Assembly: GCA_038087875.1 (NCBI GenBank) | Contig: CM075993.1 | Coordinates: 3,970,001 to 4,034,000 of the forward strand | DNA length: 64,000 nucleotides | Reading direction: 5' to 3' | DNA from: Malacoraja senta | Taxonomy: Eukaryota | Notes under the pieces: generated by a model | What the model saw: the letters and a program-made list of their open reading frames with translations, nothing else | What the model was told of the DNA's origin: nothing | The model's database searches: none | In this document: in pieces, positions 1 through 12,000 of the stretch | Layout of the letters: every line of letters starts with the position of its first letter | Position numbering within the stretch: position 1 is the stretch's first letter | Made by a program: the position numbers and the translations under genes

Positions 1-1381
1 AGATGGCGGCTTGGTGGTGCAGCGGTAAAGTTGCTGCCTTACAGCGCCAGAGACCCGGGTTCGATCCTGACTAGGGGTGCTGTCTGTACGGAGTCTGTAC
101 GCTCTCCCCGTGACCACGTGGGCTTTCTCCGAGACAATAGACAATAGGTGCAGGAGTAGGCCATTTGGCCCTTCGAGCCAGCACCGCCATTCAATGTGAT
201 CATGGCTGATCATCCCCAATCAGTACCCCGTTCCTGCCTTCTCCCCATATCCCCTGACTGCTATTTTTAAGAGCCCTATCTAGCTCTCTCTTGAAAGCAT
301 CCAGAGAACCTGCCTCCACCGCCCTCTGAGACAGAGAATTCCACAGACTCACCACTCTCTGTGAGAAAAAGTGTTTCCTCGTCTCGGTCTAAATGGCTTA
401 CTCCTTATTCTTAAACTGTGGCCCCTGGTTCTGGACTCCCCCAACATCGGGAACATGTTCCTGCCTCTAGTGTGTCCAAGCCCTTAACAATCGTATATGT
501 TTCAATGAGACATAAGGTTTCCTCCCACACCCCAAAGACGTACGGGTTTGTAGGTTAATTGGCTTGGTATAAATGTAAATTGTCCCTGGGATAGTGTTAA
601 TGTGCTTTCCACGCTGTATCTCTAAAACTGAAAAAAAACAAAACTAAATGACGTTTCAGGATGCGACCCTTCTTCAGACTGATGGGGGGGGGACAATTAT
701 TTTTTTCTTGCAATATAGGTCACTTGGCCCATCAAGTCTATGCCTGCTCATGAAGCAAAACTGTTACTAATTTTCCTTATATCCTATGTCTATCAACTGT
801 CTCCAGATTCTTCTACCCAGTCACTCAGGGGAACAGTTAATTACTTGCCCATATCTGGGATGGCCGAAGAGTTAACGGAGAAGAAACCAGCCAACCCTCC
901 ACTCCGTCAGTATGAAGAAGGTTCCTGACCCAATAGACAATAGACAATAGATGCAGGAGTAGGCCATTCGGCCCTTCGAGCCAGCACCGCCATTCAATGT
1001 GATCATGGCTGATCATCCCCAATCAGTACCCCGTTCCTGCCTTCTCCCCATCGGGAACATGTTTCCTGCCTCTAGCATGTCCAAGCCCTTATCAATCTTA
1101 TATGTTTCAATGAGATCCCCTCTCATCCTAAACTCCAGAGTGTACAAGCTCAGCTGCTCCACTCTCTCAGCATATGACAGTCCCGCCATCCCGGGAATTA
1201 ACCTTGTAAACCTACGCTGCACCCCCTCAATAGCAAGAATGTCCTTCCTCAAATTAGGGGACCAAAACTGCACACAATACTCCAGGTGTGGTCTCACTAG
1301 GGCTCTGAACAACTGCAGAAGGACCTCTTTGCTCCTATATTCGATTCCTCTTGTTATAAAGGCCAACATGCCATTCGCTTT

Positions 1382-1581
1382 NNNNNNNNNNNNNNNNNNN
1401 NNNNNNNNNNNNNNNNNNNNNNNNNNNNNNNNNNNNNNNNNNNNNNNNNNNNNNNNNNNNNNNNNNNNNNNNNNNNNNNNNNNNNNNNNNNNNNNNNNNN
1501 NNNNNNNNNNNNNNNNNNNNNNNNNNNNNNNNNNNNNNNNNNNNNNNNNNNNNNNNNNNNNNNNNNNNNNNNNNNNNNNNN
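1382..1581. other. Assembly gap (200 N)
   Basis: Run of N. Confidence 0.99.
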
Positions 1582-1674
1582 AAACTGGGATGAACAATTT
1601 TTGTAGTTCATCCATGCAGTCTTTAAATGCCTTCCATTGCATATCCAACGTCAACCCTTTAAGAATCAATTGCC

Positions 1675-2287
1675 TGAAACCGAATGCAGAATTGATTATT
1701 TATGGAACAATAGAAGCAAGTTTGGAGCTGACTGCGTTTCAAAGGAGTTTTCTTAGTTATGGCTTAATAACGGCAAAAAAACTGATACTGAAATTTTGGA
1801 AAAATGCTCCTACGCCAACAATAAAAATGTGGACTTCTAATATGTCGGAATTGTTACATCTAGAAGATATGAGATTCCTCCTAGCAGGTAAAAAAGACCA
1901 ATTCCAAAAGATTTGGTCTCCATATATCGACCTATTACAAACATAGGGTGCAACAAAATGTTGATAATAAATGGTTTTAGGACCTGTCGAGGGGTGAGTA
2001 AAGATAAGAAGTAGGTACATCCCTTTCATATTGTCCTATCATTTTCTTTTTTCTCTTTTTTTCTTTTCTTCTTTAACTACTTCTTGTGGTTTAGGTTCAC
2101 ATGTGTGTTCCTGGACCATTTTTTCACTCACTCACTGACTGTCTTTGCTAGCTCTTTCTATCCTTTTTTTCTATTAAAGTTGAAAAACAGAAGTGGTACA
2201 AGAACTGTATAAATTTACGTTATTGTAGATTACTGTAATGTAAAATACTTCTAATAAACAAATTAAAAACAAATAAAAAATAAAAAA
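1675..2287 (+). mobile_element. 5'-truncated L1/Tx1-like LINE 3' end nested in the CR1
   Basis: ORF tail AKKLILKFWK..PTPT..W...LHLE...F..IWSP; T-rich 3' UTR, AATAAA and A-rich tail; TSD AATCAATTGCC at 1664-1674 and 2288-2298. Confidence 0.8.
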
Positions 2288-5200
2288 AATCAATTGCCAG
2301 TCAATCTTGGCCAATTCACGTTTCATACCCTCAAAGTTACCTTTCTTTAAGTTCAGAACCCTTGTTTCTGAATTAACAATGTCACTCTCCATCCTAATGA
2401 AGAACTCAACCATATTATGGTCACTCTTGCCCAAGGGGCCACGCACAACAAGACTGCTAACTAACCCTTCCTCATTACTCAATACCCAGTCTAGAATAGC
2501 CTGCTCTCTCGTTGGTTCCTCTACATATTGGTTTAGAAAACTATCCCGCATACATTCCAAGAAATCCTCTTCCTCAGCACCCCTGCCAATTTGATTCACC
2601 CAATCTATATGTAGATTGAAGTCACCCATTATAACTGTTTTACTTTTGTTGCACGCATTTCTAATTTCCTGTTTGATGCCATCCCCAACTCCACTACTAC
2701 TGTTAGGTGGCCTGTCCACAACACCCACTAGCGTTTTCTTCCCCTTAGTGTTTCGTAGCTCTACCCATATCGATTCCACATCCTCCAAGCTAATATCCTT
2801 CCTTTCCATTGCGTTAATCTCCTCTCTAACCAGCAACGCTACCCCACCTCCTTTTCCTTTCTGTCTATCCCTCCTGAATATTGAATATCCCTGGATGTTC
2901 AGCTCCCAGCCTTGGTCACCCTGGAGCCATGTCTCCGTGATCCCAACTATATCATAATCATTAATAGCTATCTGCACATTCAACTCATCCACCTTATTAC
3001 GAATGCTCCTTGCATTCAGACACAAAGCCTTCAGGCTTGTTTTTACAACGCTCTTACCCCTTATACAATTATGTTGAACAGTGGCCCTTTTTGATTTTTG
3101 CCCAGGATTTGTCTGCCTGCCACGTTTACTTTTCACCTTGTTACCTATTGCTTCTACCCTCATTTTACACCCCTCTGTCTCTCTGCTCACACATTTAAGA
3201 AACCCACCACCTCTTATTCTCTGTTTATTATTTTTTTCTTCTTTCCCCCCTACCTGTTGGGTCTGAGTGCTTCCCTTCTCTGCCTCCTGCCTCACACACC
3301 ATCTACAAGCTTCCTCTATTTGAGTCCCTTCCCCCAACCATTCTAGTTTAAAGTCTCCCCTGTAGCCTTTGCAAATCTCCCCGCCAGGATATTGGTCCCC
3401 CTCGGGTTCAAGTGCAATCCGTCCTTTTTGTACAGGTCACACCTTCCCCAAAAGAGGTCCCAATGATCCAGAAACTTGAATCCCTCCCAGATTCCATCAC
3501 TCCCTACATACCAGAGGCGATTTGCAGCAGTCTCCCAGGCTTACCTACCTGCACCTTTTGTGGGATGTGGGAGGAAACTGGAGCATCCAGAGTAAAACCC
3601 ACGAGGTCTCAGGAAGAATGTGCAAATTCCACATAGATCGTACCTGAGGTCAGGATTGAACTCGTGTCTCTGGTGCTGTGCTGTACCAGCTGCGCCATAG
3701 TGAAGTGGTGGAAGATGCAATTTTTTTTTCAAAAATTGGAACCTCAGTGAATTAACTGATCCATAACCTTTCAGAGACATTCCATGTTCCTGTTTTTACT
3801 TCAACATCTGGCAATTATCTGCTGTTGCTTGCGATCAAAGTGTCGTTTCAATTTTTCTTGGGCTTTCTTCAGTCCTTGCCCCTTCCCTTTCCGTGTTTCG
3901 TCTTACTGTTGTATGAAAAAACGATTCTCCCTACCACCACCTCGCCTCCTCTATTTCAAGGCAGAGGCCAACATTATCAAAGTCAATTTGCAAAATCAAT
4001 CCTCATTTGTATTTTATAATGCTGAACTGAATCCTAACCACTTGTTTGCATCCTACAAGACGAACGGTAGGATTAGATCCAAAAACGGTATCGCAAACAA
4101 ATTCTAAAAAAACAATAGAACATGAAAGTCTTCAGCAACATCTTTTCGCCTTCAAGAAAATCATTGTTAAGAAAAGCAATACTTAAGAATGTTCCCCGAT
4201 TATTTTAAATTTTTGATACATTTTTTGGACAGTGCAGTTGCGCAGCAGTAGAGTGGCTGCCTCACAGCGCCAGAGACCCGAGTTCAATCCTGACCATGTG
4301 TTCTCCCTGTAACCGTGTGGGCTTTCTCCGGGTGCTCCAGTCTCCTCCCACAATCCAAAGAAGTGCAGGTTAATTGGCTTCTATAAAGCGCCCCTATTGT
4401 GTACGATGCCAAAATTGAGATAATATGGAATTAGTGTACAGGTGATCGATGGTCGGCAGGGCCAAAAGGCCTGTTTCCATGCTGTATCTCTAAGCTAAAA
4501 CTATCTCACGCTGACCATCGATCACTCTTTCACATACTGGTTCAATACAGTCCATACACACAAGGGACAATTTACAGAGGGCAATCAGCCTACAAAAACG
4601 TACGTCTTTGGGTTGTGGGAGGAAACCGGAGCACCCGGTGAAAACCCATGTGGTCACAGGGAGAACGTGCATACACCGCACGGACAGCACCTGAGGTCAG
4701 GATCGAACCCGGGTCTCTGGCGCAGTGAGGCAGCAACTCTACCAGCTGCATCATTATGGCACAAATGTAGTGGCCTTCTCGTCTTAAATATAATGTCGTG
4801 GCATATTTTACAACCACCTGAGACAGTAGACTGGGGCTTGGTTTAGAGTTTCATTTTAACAACCATACATCTGAAAATGTAGAATAGTGTCAGTAGGCCA
4901 CGAGATTGCCAACAATCTGTACTTCCAGAATAGATGGTGAAGGATCATGATGGGGTTCAGAAATATTGAGCCATTGTTACTGTCAAGGACAAAGGCAATA
5001 GAAGAGGAAAAAAGACACAAAGTGCTGGAGTAACTCAGCGGGTCAGGCAGCATCTCTGGAGAAGATGAATAGGCGTATGTTTAAATGCTGGAAATGAGGA
5101 TTTCAGTGTGACAATTGGCTTGTCAGAGACAAAGGATGAAAAGGCTGTAAATACTGGAATCTTGTGCAAAAAGCAAAGTGCTGGAGGAACTCAGCGGGAC

Positions 5201-5572
5201 AGGCAGCATCTGTGCAGGGAAATGGACTGACGACATTTTGGTTTCACAACCTTCTATCAGTGTGAAGAAGGATCCTGCCCCGAAACTTTGTCTGATCATT
5301 CCCTGCTGCCTGACCCACTGACTTCCTCCAGCTTTTCATTTTCGAAACAAACGATGATCCTGGGATTTGACTGTGCTGGACTGGGTGTCCTGTATTTTAG
5401 CTGCTAATAACAGTCTCAAAAATACCCATTTAATGTTGAAGTCAAGTCAATAAAATAAAAATTGACAAAATGTATTGGTTTAATGAAACTTTCCCTAGTT
5501 AGAGACTTCACAGCTTTTTCCCTGCGGAATAAATTGTGAGATTATGTTATCCAACATAAAGACGTCTGTAGA

Positions 5573-5732
5573 AGATAACACAAATACCGCTTTTATGATA
5601 ACGTACAATTAAAAGTGACTTGTAGCCTTTTACCCACTGGTATTACGTCATGGGCTTTTAGAATAACAAAGATTCAAATTTTGTCTTCTAATGACGTGAC
5701 TGCTGAACAGTCCTTGAAAGTGAGATATAAAA
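5573..5732 (+). promoter_or_regulatory. CYP11A1 proximal promoter with TATA box, SF-1/Ad4-like site, two CRE-like sites and GATA motifs
   Basis: TATAAAA 5726-5732; TCAAGGAC on - strand at 5710-5717; TGACGTGA 5692-5699; TTACGTCA 5643-5650; AGATAA/TGATAA near 5573 and 5596. Motif matches only. Confidence 0.65.
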
Positions 5733-5795
5733 ACAGCAGTGAGAAAAAATATTCAAATGTGAAGAAGGTCTGCGAGGCGAACTGCAAGTGTTACA

Positions 5796-6079
5796 ATGAT
5801 CAGAGGATGTTTTCGATTCTCCTTAATTGCCAGTGCTTCTTGTCAAAGGGGTACATTTCCCTCCCTGGAGCATCACTTCACAGTGTTCCCTCGTAGGAAT
5901 CATTCAGAAACAAGTGAATCACGTACTTCTTTGGAACCAACTCTGAAATCGTACGATGAGTTACCGGGCAACTGGAGAAACAATTGGTTCAATGCATTTA
6001 CTTTCTGGAGGAACAATGATGTCAAAAATACACACAATCTCATGTTAAATAACTTCAATAAGTATGGTCCAATTTACAG
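5796..6079 (+). CDS. CYP11A1: CYP11A1 exon 1 (MIRGCFRF...[10 protein letters not shown])
   Basis: ATG at 5796; donor AG|gtaagg at 6080; phase 2. Confidence 0.93.
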
Positions 6080-9000
6080 GTAAGGAAATCTGCCTCAGCG
6101 AAATTAAATTGATGTTTAAAGAGTTCTTCAATGTACTAATCAAATTTATGTGTTCAGCATTAAAACTCTCCTGAATATTTGAGATAATATTTTGTTAAAA
6201 AGACTCTTGAACAAGTATATTTAAATCAAGGCACAAGGAACTGCAGATGCAGTTTTACAAAAAAGACACAAAGTGCTGGAGTTACTCAATGGGTTAGCAG
6301 CATCTCTGGAGAACATGGATAGGTGACATTTCGAACAAAACCTTTCTTCACACTGAAGAATGGTCCCGACCCGAAACTTCACCTATCCATGTTCTCCAGA
6401 GATGCTACTGACCCACAGAATTACTCCAGCACTTTGTGTTTTATTTTTTAATATTTAAATAAACTTTGTTCCCACACTGTGTATGGCAGTTAGCTAAATT
6501 TATAGCTCAAATGAGTGCACATGACACCTCTACAAAACCTGTTCTTAAAGCAATTGAGCTTTTGTCTTTATAGTTGAAGGACCTAAATAAGTTATGAATT
6601 TATAATTCTACATATTAAGCAACAACACACAACCTATCCAGATTTGACTGAATAAAGTGAGAAAATCTTTCTCTAATGTGATAGATCTTTGCATTATTTT
6701 TCTCCAATGTTCATATTGACACAATTTCACCCACAGCTATGCAAAATGCATTTAGCCTCTGGGATCCTTAAAAGGTTGGGAGAGAGGTACTGCAACATTT
6801 ACTTCTGGTTTGTCAAAATATCTGAGTACTTTCTCATAAGCTTGTATTCCCTTGAGATCTTGAACATGACCGTAGGATTTTATGCTTTTGCACTTCTTGC
6901 CCATCTCAAGGGCATCAACCCACAAGGTGAAACATATACAAGGACAGTGAGTTTCATTTCACCCAATCTTATGGTGTATAGCAGCAAGATAGCACTTATC
7001 ATTGGACCAGTCATCCAGCAGTTTGCACCAGCAGTTTTGAGTAGAAATCCCAGCAAAGCAGAAATTTTTGACTGTTAATTAAATAGCCTGTAATTGTTGT
7101 CAATTGTTGTAAAACCTCAGAAACAATCAGGTTCTGGGTTGAGATCCACAAAAATGTTTTGATCATAACTGCCCTCTTGAATGGTCCTTGATCCTTCATC
7201 CTTGATCAAACTTTGCTGGCTTTACCTTGCACTAAAACGGCATTCCCTTAACTATACACCGGAAAAGGCTCGACTGTAATCATGTATTGTCTTTCCGCTG
7301 ACTGGTTAGCACGCAACATATGCTTTTCACTCTACACGTGACAATAAACTAAACTGAACTAAACTGACTGGACCTGCAATAGTGTAGTTCTCTGGAAGGA
7401 CACACATGCTGGTTCATGCAGCATCTCTGGAGAACTTGGAGAGATGATGTTTTGGATCGAGATCCTTCTTCATTCAATGGAAGTTAAGAATGAAGTAAAA
7501 GGTACAGGGCCTTGGTGAGACCACACCTGGAGTATTGAGTGCAGTTTTGGTCTCCTAATCTGAGGAAAGACATTCTTGCCATAGAGGGAGTACAGAGAAG
7601 GATCACCAGACTGATTCCTGGGATGGCAGGACTTTCATATGAAGAAAGGCTGGATAGACTCGGCTTGTACTCACTAGAATTTAGAAGGTTGAGGGGGGAT
7701 CTTATAGAAACGTACAAAATTCTTAAGGGGTTGGACAGGCTAGATGCAGGAAGATTGTTGGGGAAGTCCAGAACAAGGGGGTCACAGTTTAAGGATAAGG
7801 GGGAAGTCTTTTAGGACCGAGATGAGAAAAAAAAATTCACACAGAGAGTGGTGAGTCTGTGGAATTCTCTGCCACAGAAAGTAGTTGAGGCCAGTTCATT
7901 GGCTATATTTAAGAGGGAGTTAGATGTGGCCCTTGTGGCTAAAGGGATCAGGGGGTATGGAGAGAAGGCAGGTACAGGATACTGAGTTGCATGATCAGCC
8001 ATGATCATATTGAATGGCGGTGCAGGCTTGAAGGGCTGAATGGCCTACTCCTGCACCTGTTTTCTATGTTTCCAAAAAGGTTGGCCTTGCCAATGACACA
8101 CACACACACACATCCCATAAATTAATGAAAAACAAATACCAGACCTTCAGATAAAGACTGATAAATGCATCATAGATCGTCAAAAACTGAAGGCCAGATC
8201 ACAGGATAGCAACTGTTTACATCTTGAGATTTACAGCACGGCACAAGTTCATTCAAACAGGAATGGGTGGACATTGGATGGTTGAAAGAAATGGTTGAAG
8301 AGACAAGACCTTAGTGGACCTGTGGTCACAGATTAGTGGAATGAGCTCCTTTATTCTCACAGGGATAGGAAAGACCTATTCTTTGGAAAAATCAAAGTGA
8401 AATACTCTTTTGTCCAAGCTGAACCATGCTGAGGAAGAACTGAAGAAAGAGCGGAACATTGGTGCGGTGGTACATTTGGTGCTTTACAGCTCCACAGACC
8501 AGGGTTCGATTCTAACCTCGGGTGCGGTGTATGGAGAAAGCTGGTTGGCGCAGGCTCAGTGTTTCCACATTGTATCTCTCAACTAAACTAAACGACAAAG
8601 AAGTTAGCTGTGAGAAACAAAGTAATTAATGTCTGTGTTGCAAATTAGTGTTTGTGCAGTCTGCTATCTGGGATTAAGCAACTGCAGAAAGATATACTGT
8701 AAGCATTGTAATTATTGAAAACACTGCATCAGCCAAGCAGACTGCTTACATCAAACAAAATCAAAGCGCTCCAAAAGCAGAAACAGTTTAAAGAGAGGAG
8801 GATACATAAACACTGTTCACCTTGACAGCAACTGGCAGAGTTTGAAGGCTGTCTGATTTTGGACAATGTTCAATTCCACACTAAAATCAAGAGAAAATAA
8901 CGCAGTCCAGCATACATGCAGAAAACCACAGACAAAGTTCAGACATGCGCTAACAAGATTATAAGAAAAAAGTGTACACACAAAATGCTGGAGTAACTCA

Positions 9001-12000
9001 GCGGGACAGGCAGCATCTCTGGATAGGAATGGGCGACGTTTCGGGTGGAGACCCTTCTTCAAACTGAGGGTCAGGGGAGAGGGAGACGTAGAGATAAAAA
9101 ATATAAGGTGTGAAACAGACATCAAAGGCGACAAAGTCCTAGGAAAATGTAGAATGGATCATTGTTAGCTAGGGGAAGGTGACAACGGAGCTTACAAAGA
9201 TTAAAATTTAATCAAGGGGGCAGTCAGACTAGTCGGAGAACTAGGATGGTGGAGGGATGGAGAGAGAGAGGGGAAACAAGGGTTACTTGAGGTTGGAGAA
9301 GTTGATATTCAAAGGTGTAGGAAAGAACTGCAGATGCTGGTTTAAACCAAAGATAGACACAAAATGCTGGAGTAACTCAGCAGGACGCAGCATCTCTAGA
9401 GAAGGAATGGGTGATGTTTTGGGTCGAGACCCTTCTTCAGTGGAGAATATCGTTCTCAGCATTGCAGCACATTGTAGCACATCAGTTCATTAGACAAAGT
9501 CCAATATCCTTAATGGGGTAGAGGTGAATCAAACGGTCCCCTAGCTTACGGAAGGAGCCTGTTAACGAAGGAGCAGAAGCTGTTCTACCATTCAGAATGA
9601 GCCGTGACCCCTGTAATATTCATATATACTTGTACAAGTTTTTGAATCCACTACTGAGAGTACAGACTTTACTATCACCTGTGATAGACAAAAAATGCTG
9701 GAGGAACTCAGCAGGACAAGCAGCATCTCTGGAGAGAAGGAATGGGTGACGTTTCGGGTCGAGGCCCTTCTTCAGACTGATCTCGAGCCGAAACTTCACC
9801 CGTTCCTCCCCTCCAGAGATGCTGCCTGTCCCGCTGAGTTACTCCAGCATTTTGTGTCCATCTTCGGTTTAAACCAGCATCTGCAGTTCCTTCCTACACA
9901 TATGAAGAAAGGTTTTGTTCGAAATGTCACCTATCCATAGATAGAAAGATAGATAGATAGAATCTTTATTTGCCACACGACCAGGGTTGGTGGTGTTTGG
10001 GTTCGGTACATGATGGTACACTGCTTTAGTCACATTAACACTAATAATAATAACAACACAGATCATAATAATAAAGTGCATCCATACCACATCACAAATC
10101 ACAAATCTCACCAACAATACATAGTGCAAAAGAACAGACAAAAACCATAGACAAGACACTGTATACATCAAAGTCAAAAAGTTGTTGGAGGGAATTAAGT
10201 GTTCTTATTGCTGAGGGGAAGAAACTGTTTTTATAACGGGTGGATTTTGTAGCAAGTGACCTAAGGCGCCTCCCTGAAGGGAGAGACTGGAAAAGGTGGT
10301 TTGCTGGATGGGAGGGGTCCGAGATGATCTTTGTTGCCCGTTTTGAGGTACGTTGGAGGTAAATGGAATGGATTGAGGGGAGGGGAGAGTTGATGATCCT
10401 AGAGGCCTTGGAGACAATGCGCTGTATTCTGTGTAGTGAATGACTGTCAGTGTTTCCGTACCAGACTGTGATTGAGGAAGTGATGATGCTTTCAATGATG
10501 GATTGATAGAAGCGGACCAGGAGGTGTTTGTGGACTCTGAACTTTTTGAGCTGTCTGAGGAAGTATAGGCGTTGTTGTCCTTTCTTAATGATGTGGTCCA
10601 TGTAACCTGTTCTCCATTCATTTGCAGGGAAAGGATTGGCTATTACAACAGTGTATATATTATTAATCCTGAAGATGCTGCCATTTTGTTCAGAGCAGAG
10701 GGTATATTTCCAGAGAGGTTGAAAATGGAAGCTTGGATGGCTTACAGAGACTTCAGGAAAGAAAACTACGGAGTTCTGTTAAAGTAAGTTTAACCTTTTC
10801 ATCAGAATTATTTATTTCTCAATTATATTGTATTTTTAATTGCAAAATATTCCAGTAGCTTGGAATATTATCAAGAAGATTTTTGAGATGGCTTTCAAAG
10901 AAATTAATTGGACTCCTGTAAATTTCCCCCCAGTGTGTAGGGAGTGGATGAGAAAGTGGAATAAGATAGGAAGTAGTGTGAACGGGTCATCGATGGTCAG
11001 CGTGAACTGTTGGCCGAAGGGCCTGTTTCCATGCTGTACCCCTAAACTAAACTAAACACAGCAACCAAGGAACATCGCTAAAATAGAGAGAGGAATAGCG
11101 AAGGAAACTGGAAGTGTAATTATTTATGGTGGACATTTAAGCAACTAATAAAAGGGGGAAGCTCAAGGGACATCCCACGCTCAACAGTGGTGTGGCCCAG
11201 CAGGTGAGTACTCAACACAAGGATGAAGATTTTGCAGCTATGTTCAGCTATGTACTGAGTTCTTGATCTATCTTGGCTTCTTCCTGAGATCCCAGACATC
11301 ATAGAGCCATTCTTAAGCAAAATTGATTCACTCCACATAATATCAACAAACAGACAATAGACAATAGACAATAGGTGCAGGAGTAGGCCATTTGGACCTC
11401 CGAGCCAGCACCGCCATCCAATGTGATCATGGCTGATCATCCCCAATCAGTACCCCGTTCCTGCCTTCTCCCCATATCCCCTGACTCTGCTATTTTTTAA
11501 GAGCCCTATCTAGCTCTCTCTCGAAAGCATCCAGAGAACCTGCCTCCACCGCCCTCTGAGGCAGAGAATTCCACACTCACCACTCTCTGTGAGAAAAAGT
11601 GTTTCCTCATCTCCGTTCTAAATGGCTTACTCCTTATTCTTAAACTGTGGCCCCTGGTTCTGTACTCCCCCAACATCGGGAACATGTTTCCTGCCTCTAG
11701 CGTGTCCAAGCCCTTAACAATCTTTCCAAGCCCTTAACAATCTTATCGCAGCTATGTTCAGCTATGTACTGAGTTCTTGATCTATCTTGGCTTCTTCCTG
11801 AGATCCCAAACATCATAGAGCCATTCTTAAGCAAAATTGATTCACTCCACATAATATCAACAAACTGCTAAGAACAAAGATAGACACAAAATGCTGGAGT
11901 AACTCAGTGTGTCAGGTAGCATCTCTGGAGAAAAGGGATAGGTGACTTTTCAGGTTGGGACCCTTCTTCAGGCTTGAACAGCTAAGAGCACTTGAGACAG

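Larger units (their letters stand above)
933..3487 (-). mobile_element. CR1-clade LINE (ORF1 esterase C-terminus, ORF2 APE endonuclease and RT C-terminus), split by an L1-like insert and an assembly gap
   Basis: ORF1 end FLDHWDLFWGRCDLYKKDGLHLN...LN* (3343-3487); ORF2 LNARSIRNK, ITETW, MGDFN, SDHN (2288-3030); RPHLEYCVQFWSP...[10 protein letters not shown]; (TATTGTC)n tail near 935-950. Confidence 0.92.

Noticed and set aside
999..1946. 315-aa + strand ORF
   Set aside because: Chimera of antisense CR1, the N gap and the L1-like fragment.
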